This document shows, piece by piece, positions 20,716 to 27,963 of a DNA stretch of 64,000 nucleotides; positions within the stretch are counted from its first letter, which is position 1; every line of letters starts with the position of its first letter. The position numbers were made by a program, and so were the translations under genes. Under the pieces are notes generated by a model. That model saw only the letters and a program-made list of their open reading frames with translations. It did not search any database and was not told the DNA's origin. The stretch is from Vicinamibacteria bacterium. GTDB lineage: Bacteria > Acidobacteriota > Vicinamibacteria > Fen-336. The stretch spans positions 964-64,963 of the forward strand of contig DATBIO010000289.1 of NCBI GenBank assembly GCA_036556965.1, read 5' to 3'.

Positions 20716-21272
20716 GCGAGGACGCCTACCGGGAGAGCGCGGCCGCCTACGCGCTGGGTGCTCTCGACCCGGGCGAGCGCGCGGCCTTCGAGGCGCACCT
20801 GGAGGCGGGATGCGCATCCTGCGCCGACGAGGTGGACGCCCACCACGATGCGTTGCTGGCCCTGGCCCAGGCCGGGCCCACGCCCGCGCTCCATCCCGCC
20901 ATCCGGCAGCAGGCCCTCGACCTCCGCCTGGCCCCGACGGTGCCCGTGGAGGTCGGGGCCTATGCCTGGGAAGAGGTGGTCCCGGGGGTGCGCCTGCACG
21001 TCCTGCGGGAGGAGCCGGCACGCGGCCTCCGCGCCTGCCTGGTCTGGGCGGAGCCCGGCGCCCGCACCCCCCGGCACCGCCACCACGGTGACGAGGTCAT
21101 CCTGCTCCTGAAGGGCGGGCTCCGTGACGACCGCGGCACCTACGGGCCGGGCCAGATCTGCCGCAGCCGGGCCGGCTCCGTGCACGCGGAGGAGGCCCTG
21201 CCCGGAGAGGACTGCGTGTGCCTGGTCCTCTACTACGGCCCGCTCGAGGTGTTGGAGGAGGCCGACGCCTAG
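20712..21272 (+). CDS. ChrR-like anti-sigma factor with a cupin domain. No ECF sigma partner nearby.
   Basis: ERAAFEAHLEAGCASCADEV is the HxxxCxxC zinc motif of ChrR/RsrA-type anti-sigma factors. The C-terminal half has a cupin-like beta pattern (HRHHGDEVILLLKG). TTG start overlapping the DUF4340 stop (TTGA). Confidence 0.6.
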   Translation: MSEDAYRESAAAYALGALDPGERAAFEAHLEAGCASCADEVDAHHDALLALAQAGPTPALHPAIRQQALDLRLAPTVPVEVGAYAWEEVVPGVRLHVLREEPARGLRACLVWAEPGARTPRHRHHGDEVILLLKGGLRDDRGTYGPGQICRSRAGSVHAEEALPGEDCVCLVLYYGPLEVLEEADA

Positions 21273-21290
21273 CGCCGACCCCCGGACGCC

Positions 21291-21893
21291 CTAGGGCTTC
21301 GCGGCGGGCGCGGGCCGGGCGGGCGCCTTCTCCCCCACCACCCGGGCCGACTTGATGAGCACCGGGGTCACGGGCACGTCGTCGTGGGGAGGCCGGCTGG
21401 TGGTGTCCACGGCCACGATGCGATCCACCACGTCCATCCCCTCCGCCACCGAGGCGAACACCGCGTACCCCGCCCCGCCGATCCCGTAGTCGAGCCGGTG
21501 GTTGTCCTTGACGTTGATGAAGAACTGCGCGGTGGCGCTGTTGGGGTCCGCCGTGCGCGCCATGGCCACCGTGCCCCGGTTGTTGCGCAACCCGTTCTTG
21601 GCTTCGTTGACGATGGCGGCCGCGGTCGGCCGCTGCTTCATGTTGGGGTCGAAACCGCCGCCCTGGACCATGAAGTTGGGGATGACGCGGTGGAAGATGG
21701 TCCCGTCGTAGTGCCCCTTGCGCACGTAGCTCAGGAAGTTCTTCACCGAGACCGGCGCCTTCTGGGCCTCGAGGCTGAGGACGATGCGGCCGAGGCTGGT
21801 CTCCAGCGCCACCTGGGGGCCGGCCGGGGAGGCCGCGGGCGCGGGGGCCGGGCTCTGCAGGACGGCGGCGAGGGCGAGGGCAGTGGCGATCAT
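21291..21893 (-). CDS. ppiA: Cyclophilin-type peptidyl-prolyl cis-trans isomerase, secreted.
   Basis: HRVIPNFMVQGGGFDP...GTVAMARTADPNSATAQFFINV is a cyclophilin signature, with an N-terminal signal peptide. Confidence 0.85.
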   Translation of the reverse strand: MIATALALAAVLQSPAPAPAASPAGPQVALETSLGRIVLSLEAQKAPVSVKNFLSYVRKGHYDGTIFHRVIPNFMVQGGGFDPNMKQRPTAAAIVNEAKNGLRNNRGTVAMARTADPNSATAQFFINVKDNHRLDYGIGGAGYAVFASVAEGMDVVDRIVAVDTTSRPPHDDVPVTPVLIKSARVVGEKAPARPAPAAKP

Positions 21894-21959
21894 CGGGTTT
21901 GTCTCCTTCGTGACTCCCCGATCTTAGCCTTCCCGGCCTGCTAGAATCGCGCGGGCGCG

Positions 21960-23378
21960 ATGGTCCTCTTCAACTACTCGACCAAGGAGCTGACGGCCAA
22001 GATCGTCTACTACGGGCCGGGCCTGTGCGGGAAGACCACCAACCTGCAGTGGGTCCACGAGAAGCTGCCCATCAAGAACAAGGGCAAGATGCTCTCCCTG
22101 GCCACGGAGACGGACCGCACCCTGTTCTTCGACTTCCTCCCCATCGAGCTGGGCACCATCCGGGGCATGAAGACGCGGGTCCAGCTCTACACGGTGCCGG
22201 GCCAGGTCTTCTACAACGCCACCCGGCGCATGGTGCTCAAGGGTGCCGACTGCGTGGTCTTCGTGGCCGACAGCCAGGAGCCCATGCTGGAGGCCAACGT
22301 CGAGAGCTGGGAGAACATGCGCCAGAACCTGGAGGCGAACGAGATCAAGCCGGACGAGATCCCGGTCGTCTTCCAGTACAACAAGCGCGATCTGCCCAAC
22401 GCCCTGCCCCTCGAGATCCTGAACGAGCGGCTCAACCCCCGCGGCATGCCGTTCCACGAAGCGGTGGCGATCAAGGGCATGGGCGTGGAGGAGTCGCTCA
22501 AGACCGCCACCGCCCTGGTCTTCCGGGCCCTGGCCGGGAAGTACGGCACGCCCGGGGAGGCGGCGGCCATGTCCTCCCGGGGCTCGGGCTCGGGCTCGGG
22601 CGGCACGGCGCCCATCCCGACCCCCCCCGCGGCCGCCGCGCCGCCCGCCCCCGCCGCGGCGCCGGCCCGCGCCCCGGCCCCGCCGCCGCCGCTTCCGCCC
22701 CCGCCCGCCCCCGCGGAGGCGGACGACCTCCTGGACGGGCTCGAGATCCACCCCCACCCCGAGGCGGTGGTGGAGGAGGAGCTGTCCCTGGACGACGACG
22801 TCGCGCCGGCGGCCGCGTCCGCCCGACCGCGGCCGGGCGCGCGGGACACCGTGGCCAGCCCCCCGCGCGAGGCGGAGGAGATCCGGCGCCGGATCCGCAC
22901 GCCCACCTACGAGCCCGAGGTCTTCGAGGCCATCGACGACGAGGAGGAGGACATCGAGGAGCTGACCCTCGACGCAGTGGGCCCCGGCCGCGCCGCGGCG
23001 GGGCCCTTCACGCGGGTGGCGGAGCCGCCCGCCCTCGCCGACGACACCAGCTTCAACCTCGACTTCGACGGCGACGCCCCCGAGCCCCCCCTTCCCTCGG
23101 TTTCCGCGGTGAGGAGCGCCCCTCCCGCGCCGCTGCGCTCCGTGACGCCCGCGGCCTACGAGCTGGAGGAGGAAGCGGACGAGGCTTCGGCAGCTCCCTC
23201 CACGCTGCCGCCGTCGCGCGCGCTGGCCGCGGCGGTGGTGGAGGCCTCTCTCGACGTGCCCGCGGGCGGCGAGGAGGAGACCACGGTGGAGGTCCCCGTC
23301 CGCCTGTCCGTCCCGCGCGGGGTGCGCGAGCTGCGCATCAACCTGCGCCTGGTGGTCCGCCTCGACGTGAAGGAGTGA
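21960..23378 (+). CDS. MglA-like Ras-family small GTPase with a roughly 270-aa low-complexity C-terminal extension.
   Basis: Residues 1-195 (MVLFNYSTKELTAKIVYYGPGLCGKTTNLQWVH...LSLATETDRTLFFDFLPIE...LYTVPGQVFY...QYNKRDLPNA) align along their length with MglA, including the P-loop, the switch TxT region and the PGQ motif. This is followed by a Pro/Ala/Glu/Asp-rich tail to 472 aa. Confidence 0.8.
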   Translation: MVLFNYSTKELTAKIVYYGPGLCGKTTNLQWVHEKLPIKNKGKMLSLATETDRTLFFDFLPIELGTIRGMKTRVQLYTVPGQVFYNATRRMVLKGADCVVFVADSQEPMLEANVESWENMRQNLEANEIKPDEIPVVFQYNKRDLPNALPLEILNERLNPRGMPFHEAVAIKGMGVEESLKTATALVFRALAGKYGTPGEAAAMSSRGSGSGSGGTAPIPTPPAAAAPPAPAAAPARAPAPPPPLPPPPAPAEADDLLDGLEIHPHPEAVVEEELSLDDDVAPAAASARPRPGARDTVASPPREAEEIRRRIRTPTYEPEVFEAIDDEEEDIEELTLDAVGPGRAAAGPFTRVAEPPALADDTSFNLDFDGDAPEPPLPSVSAVRSAPPAPLRSVTPAAYELEEEADEASAAPSTLPPSRALAAAVVEASLDVPAGGEEETTVEVPVRLSVPRGVRELRINLRLVVRLDVKE

Positions 23379-23385
23379 TCCGCCC

Positions 23386-24402
23386 CTAGAGCAGCCCGCC
23401 CTCCACGAGCTGGCGGGCGAGCAGCCGGGCCATCTCGCGGTGGCCGCCCACGCTCAAGTGCAGGGCGTCGATGAAGTCGGCCTCGTTCTCCACCTCGGTC
23501 CCCGCTTCCAGCCGCTCCGTACGCAGCAGGGGGACGCCCAGCCGCGCCGCGGTCTCGCGCTGCGCGTCGGCGTAGGGGTGGCGGAAGGCGGGCTCGCCCG
23601 GCCGCCGGCGGTGGGGGAGCGCGACGAAGACGGGGACCACGCCGCGCCCGCGGCACTCCGCCACCATGGCCTCGAGGTTCCTCACGTAGTCGGGCAGCGG
23701 CACGCGCGGCACCTTGGGCGTGTCCTGGGGCAGACGGGTCAGCGACCGGAGGTAGGCGCCCTTGAGGGCGCGGTAGACGTAGAGGCGGTCGAGGGCGGTC
23801 TGCACGGGCTGGAGGGCGCGCAGGCGCCGGTCGTATTCCGCGTCCGTGACCGGACGCGGCGTGGTGTCGTTCCAGCCGATGCAGATGGTGGCCACGTCCA
23901 CGCCGGCCTGGGGGAGCAGGCGCCGCAGGAGGCGGAGCGACTGGTGGCTGGTGTAGCCGGTCACGCCCGCGTTGAGCGCCTCCACGCCCCGGCCCTCCAG
24001 CGCCCGGCCGAGGACGGCGGCGTAGGTCTCGTCGTCCCCCACGCCGTAGCCGAAGGTGATGGAGTCGCCGAAGCAGGCCACCCGCCGCCGGCCGGGCGGC
24101 CGCGGCACGCGCACGGGCCCTCCGCGCAGCCCCAGCTCGTTGATGGTGACGGGACGGCCCAGGAAGTCTCCGCGGAACCCCGGGCGCGGTGACCAGAACA
24201 GGTCGGGATCGGGCCGCATGAACGGGAACGTGATGTCCACGTCGATGCGGCGCAGGAGGATGCGGGGCTTCTCGGGGGCCTGCACGCCCACCACTCGCAG
24301 CACGCCCTCCGCCAGGACGAAGAAGCCGGCCACGATGACGGCGGAGAAGAGGAGCGAGCGCCGGGTGGAGAACCGGGGGGGCGCGGCGGCGGGCGGCGGC
24401 AC
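23386..24402 (-). CDS. SGNH/GDSL-family hydrolase, membrane-anchored.
   Basis: VACFGDSITFG is the GDSL block I (Ser nucleophile). An N-terminal TM segment. A C-terminal DxxH-like region DALHLSVGGH. Confidence 0.7.
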   Translation of the reverse strand: MPPPAAAPPRFSTRRSLLFSAVIVAGFFVLAEGVLRVVGVQAPEKPRILLRRIDVDITFPFMRPDPDLFWSPRPGFRGDFLGRPVTINELGLRGGPVRVPRPPGRRRVACFGDSITFGYGVGDDETYAAVLGRALEGRGVEALNAGVTGYTSHQSLRLLRRLLPQAGVDVATICIGWNDTTPRPVTDAEYDRRLRALQPVQTALDRLYVYRALKGAYLRSLTRLPQDTPKVPRVPLPDYVRNLEAMVAECRGRGVVPVFVALPHRRRPGEPAFRHPYADAQRETAARLGVPLLRTERLEAGTEVENEADFIDALHLSVGGHREMARLLARQLVEGGLL

Positions 24403-24458
24403 GCGGGCGGATGTTACGCGATGTGCGCGACGGCATCGGCGTCCATAATCAGCGGCCC

Positions 24459-26585
24459 ATGTCCGGCGCGCGCGCGGCCCTGCTCGCCCTGCTCCTCTAC
24501 CTGGCCCTGGCCGTGGCCGCGACCTGGCCGCTGGGGGCGCGCGCCGCGGACCACGTCTACGGTCTCGGCACGCCGCCCTTGAACGTCTGGGCCATGGCCT
24601 GGGTGCGCCACCAGCTCCCGCGCGATCCCCTCCACCTCTTCGACGCCAACGCCTTCCACCCCTATCGCCACAGCCTGGCCTTCTCCGAGCACCTCCTGGT
24701 CCCCACCCTCCTGGGCCTGCCCGTGGCGTCCCTCACCGGGAACGACGTCCTTGCCCACAACGTCGTGGAGATCCTGAGCCTGGCCCTGGCCGGGCTGGGC
24801 GCGTTCCTCCTCGCGCGCGCCCTCACCGCCGATCCCCTGGCCTCGGTGGGGGCGGGCGTCCTCTACGCCTTCCACACCTGGAACATCAACGAGCTGATCC
24901 GGATCCAGATCGTCTCCAACCAGTGGTTCCCGTTCCTCCTCCACGCCCTGCTCCGGTACTTCCGCGCGCCGTCGTGGCCCCGCGCGGGCGCGGCCGCCGG
25001 GTTCGCCCTCCTGCAGGCGTGGAGCGGGATGTACTGGGCGCTGTACCTGCCGCTCCTCGTGGTACCCGCCGCCGCCTTCCTCCAGTGGCGGCACCGTCTG
25101 CCCCTCCGTGCCCTCCGCCCCCTCCTGGCCGCGCTCGCCGTCACGGCGGTGGCGGGGGCCTCGCTCCTCGTGCCCTACGTAGCCACGGCGCGCACGCTGG
25201 GCTTCGCGCGGCCGGCGCCGCCGCCCGTCGCCCTCGACCGCTACCTCGACGTGCTCCCCGGCAACGCCCTGGCCGGCCTGCTCGGCATCGGGCGCCCCAA
25301 CGAGAACGCCGCCCACTTCCTGGGGTTCGCCGGCATGGCGCTGGGCCTGTGCGCCCTGCTGGCGCCGCGCCGCCGCCTGCCCCCCGCCCTGGCCGCCGCG
25401 CGCCCGTTGCTCGCGATGCTCGTGCTGGGCGGCGTGCTGCTGAGCCTGGGCACGCGCGTGGTGATAGGCGGCCACGACCTCGCACCGGGGCCCTACGCCG
25501 CCCTGCGCGCGTGGGTGCCGGGCTTCCGCAACGTCCGCTACCCGGAGCGCTTCGCGCTCTTCGCGGTGCTGGGCCTGGCCCCCCTGGTGGCGGGCGCCCT
25601 CGTCCTCCTCCGGGCGTGGGTGGGGCGCGCGGGCGTGGCCGCGCTCACCGCCCTGTTGTTCCTGGAGCACCTGTCCACGCCCCTGCCCCTCGTCCCCCTG
25701 CCGGTGGGCGCGCTGGTGCCCGCGGTCTACCCCTGGCTGCGCTCCGCGGACGGCGTGCGGGTGGTGGCGCAGGTCCCGGGCGCGAACTACCGGATGGAGC
25801 GGGCGGAGGCCATCCCCATGTACCTCTCCACGCACCACTGGAAGCGGACGGTGCAGGGCTTCACCGGCTACAGCCCGCCCGCGACGCACTACGCCCGCTG
25901 GCAGATCCTCCAGTACCCGGCGCCGCATGCCCTGCGCTTCCTCGACCGCTTCGGCGTGGACGCCGTCGTGGTCGCGCCCGGCGCGCCGCTTCCCCCCCTC
26001 GAGGGCTCGCCGTGGGAGATCGCGCGACGCTTCGAGGACGGCTACGCCGTGCTGCGCCACCAGGGGCCGCGCGCCGCTCCCTTCGCGCCGCCCGCCGACG
26101 GGCATCCCGGGCTGAGCGAGGTGGCGCGGGCGGGCTGGCGCGTGCGCGCGTCCCGGCCGGGAGCCGCCCGCGCCCTCGACGGCGATCCGGGGACGGAGTG
26201 GAGCACGGTGCGGTCGACGCGCGAGGACAACTACTTCCGCGTGGTCCTGCCCGCCCCCGTGCGCCTGGCCCGGGTCAGCGTCGCCGTCCACCCGCCGTTC
26301 CAGTGGCCGACGGGCTTGACCCTGAGCGGCCTCACCGCGGAGGGGACGTGGACGCCGCTGCCCTACGACCGCGAGGCGGCCTACGACGGCCTGTGCGCCT
26401 GGCTGCTGCACCGCCCGCGCGCGGCCCGCCTCGACATCGACCTCGCGCCCACGCTGGTCCGCGGCCTGCGCCTCGACACCCGTGGCGACGACTTCGAGCT
26501 GCCGTGGACCATGGCCGAGCTGCGGCTCTACGAGCCCGCCGCCGGCTACTCCGCGGCGGGGATGGCGGCCACCGCCGAGCGCTGA
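24459..26585 (+). CDS. Polytopic membrane protein (probable lipid-linked glycosyltransferase) with a C-terminal F5/8 type C (discoidin) domain.
   Basis: More than 10 TM helices in the N-terminal 400 aa. The C-terminus has RALDGDPGTEWS, typical of discoidin/NedA-like carbohydrate-binding domains. Confidence 0.55.
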   Translation: MSGARAALLALLLYLALAVAATWPLGARAADHVYGLGTPPLNVWAMAWVRHQLPRDPLHLFDANAFHPYRHSLAFSEHLLVPTLLGLPVASLTGNDVLAHNVVEILSLALAGLGAFLLARALTADPLASVGAGVLYAFHTWNINELIRIQIVSNQWFPFLLHALLRYFRAPSWPRAGAAAGFALLQAWSGMYWALYLPLLVVPAAAFLQWRHRLPLRALRPLLAALAVTAVAGASLLVPYVATARTLGFARPAPPPVALDRYLDVLPGNALAGLLGIGRPNENAAHFLGFAGMALGLCALLAPRRRLPPALAAARPLLAMLVLGGVLLSLGTRVVIGGHDLAPGPYAALRAWVPGFRNVRYPERFALFAVLGLAPLVAGALVLLRAWVGRAGVAALTALLFLEHLSTPLPLVPLPVGALVPAVYPWLRSADGVRVVAQVPGANYRMERAEAIPMYLSTHHWKRTVQGFTGYSPPATHYARWQILQYPAPHALRFLDRFGVDAVVVAPGAPLPPLEGSPWEIARRFEDGYAVLRHQGPRAAPFAPPADGHPGLSEVARAGWRVRASRPGAARALDGDPGTEWSTVRSTREDNYFRVVLPAPVRLARVSVAVHPPFQWPTGLTLSGLTAEGTWTPLPYDREAAYDGLCAWLLHRPRAARLDIDLAPTLVRGLRLDTRGDDFELPWTMAELRLYEPAAGYSAAGMAATAER

Positions 26586-27439
26586 ACGTCGTCGTAGCGC
26601 ACGGCGGACACGTCGAAGGACTCGATGTTGGCGCGCAGGCGATCCAGGGCCTGGTGGAAGGGGGGGAGGGTCTTGCGCTGGCGGGTCAGGGGCGTGGTGC
26701 GCGCGAGCACGTAGTTCTTCACGAAGGGGTGGCGGATGCCGCGCTTCTTGAGGCGGGCCACCACGTCGGCCAGCGCCTCGTCCGCCGCCTTCACCTTGCC
26801 CGCGCGCTCCTCGCGCTCGGGCAGGGTGTCCCGGAAGCGGCCCTTGAGGAACGCGTCCACGCGCTTGAGCAGGGGGGCGAAGGCGCCGCCCGCGAAGCGC
26901 CGGTTCTCCTCGTAGATGACGCCGAGGGTGATGTAGTGGGGGGCCTCGAACTGGAAGGCGTAGTCCTCCTCGCTGCCCTTCGGCTCCTGCTCGGCCAGGG
27001 CGCGGTACATGCGGATGACCTCCAGCGACTTCTCCTTGAGGTTGTGCGCCTTCTCCGTGTTGAGGGCGAGGATCTGGAAGGCCACTTCCGTCTCGGGGAT
27101 GACGATGGCCGGCACCCACTCCGCCTTGAGCCGCTGCAGCGCCCTCAGGCGGTGGTGCCCGTTCGGCGTCCAGTAGGTGCGGGGGGCGGGGGAGACGGCC
27201 ACGATGGGGTCCACGAACCGGTCCAGGCGCTTCACCACGTCCTGCAGGCGCTTGGCGTGCGTAGGGGAGAGGTCGCGCTGGTAGGGCGTCGGCGCCACCT
27301 GCTCGATGGGGAGCAGGGCGAAGACCTGCCAGTGGCCGCCCACCGGCTCGCGGTAGACGGCCAGGGCCTGCCCGCCGTCGCGTGCCACCTGCTGCGCGAG
27401 GGCGGCGGCGGCCGGAGAGGGCGTGCCCGGAGTCGGCAT
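26546..27439 (-). CDS. ParB/Sulfiredoxin (ParB N-terminal nuclease-like) domain protein.
   Basis: LLPIEQVAPTPYQRDLSPTHAKRL ... TYWTPNGHHRLRALQRL matches the ParB/Srx fold motifs (the core GxxR segment). Start taken at MPTPGTP. The ATG at 27499 is an alternative. The 3' end overlaps the convergent upstream gene by about 40 nt. Confidence 0.55.
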   Translation of the reverse strand: MPTPGTPSPAAAALAQQVARDGGQALAVYREPVGGHWQVFALLPIEQVAPTPYQRDLSPTHAKRLQDVVKRLDRFVDPIVAVSPAPRTYWTPNGHHRLRALQRLKAEWVPAIVIPETEVAFQILALNTEKAHNLKEKSLEVIRMYRALAEQEPKGSEEDYAFQFEAPHYITLGVIYEENRRFAGGAFAPLLKRVDAFLKGRFRDTLPEREERAGKVKAADEALADVVARLKKRGIRHPFVKNYVLARTTPLTRQRKTLPPFHQALDRLRANIESFDVSAVRYDDVQRSAVAAIPAAE

Positions 27440-27520
27440 GCGCGAGGCTACCACGCGCGTTGACCCTTCCCCGAGTGCCGTTGTAGTCTGCGCGCTCACC
27501 GAAGGAACGAGGAGACGAGT

Positions 27521-27940
27521 ATGGCCGACCGAGACGAAGGAGAAGCTGGAGAACGCGCCAAGGTCCGGGCCCAGCAGCGCGCGGAAGAGCGCAAGGCGCA
27601 GATCGAGACCAAGCTCGCCGCCGACCTGAAGAAGGCGGAAGACGACATGGCCAAGACCAAGGTCGAGGGCGAGAAGAAGATCGCCGAGCTCGAGGCCCGC
27701 CTCCAGGCCGACATCAAGAAGCTCACCGAGGACATGGAGAAGGTCAAGAGCCAGGCGGGAGACAAGAAGACCGCCATCGAGAAGAAGCTCGACGAGGACA
27801 CCAAGAAGGCCACGGCCACCATCGAGCGGCTGAAGCAGCAGGCCAAGGAACGCATCGAACAGGTGGTGGCCGCCGCGGCCGGCGGTGGCGGCGCGGCGCC
27901 GGCGGCGAAGGAAGGGGCGGGGAAGGCGGCCTCGGCCTGA
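27521..27940 (+). CDS. Lys/Glu-rich coiled-coil protein (phasin/LEA/apolipoprotein-like).
   Basis: 139 aa, nearly all predicted helix, KxxE heptad-like repeats (KLAADLKKAEDDMAKTKVEGEKKIAELEARLQADIKKLTEDMEKVK). Confidence 0.45.
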   Translation: MADRDEGEAGERAKVRAQQRAEERKAQIETKLAADLKKAEDDMAKTKVEGEKKIAELEARLQADIKKLTEDMEKVKSQAGDKKTAIEKKLDEDTKKATATIERLKQQAKERIEQVVAAAAGGGGAAPAAKEGAGKAASA

Positions 27941-27963
27941 AACGGGCCGCGCTCGGCGCGGTC

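Noticed and set aside
22211-22906. 231-aa minus-strand ORF antisense to the MglA-like tail, and other Ala/Gly/Arg-rich antisense ORFs under low-complexity regions
   Set aside because: These are antisense shadows of the Pro/Ala-rich coding tail. They have no start context and no conserved domain.
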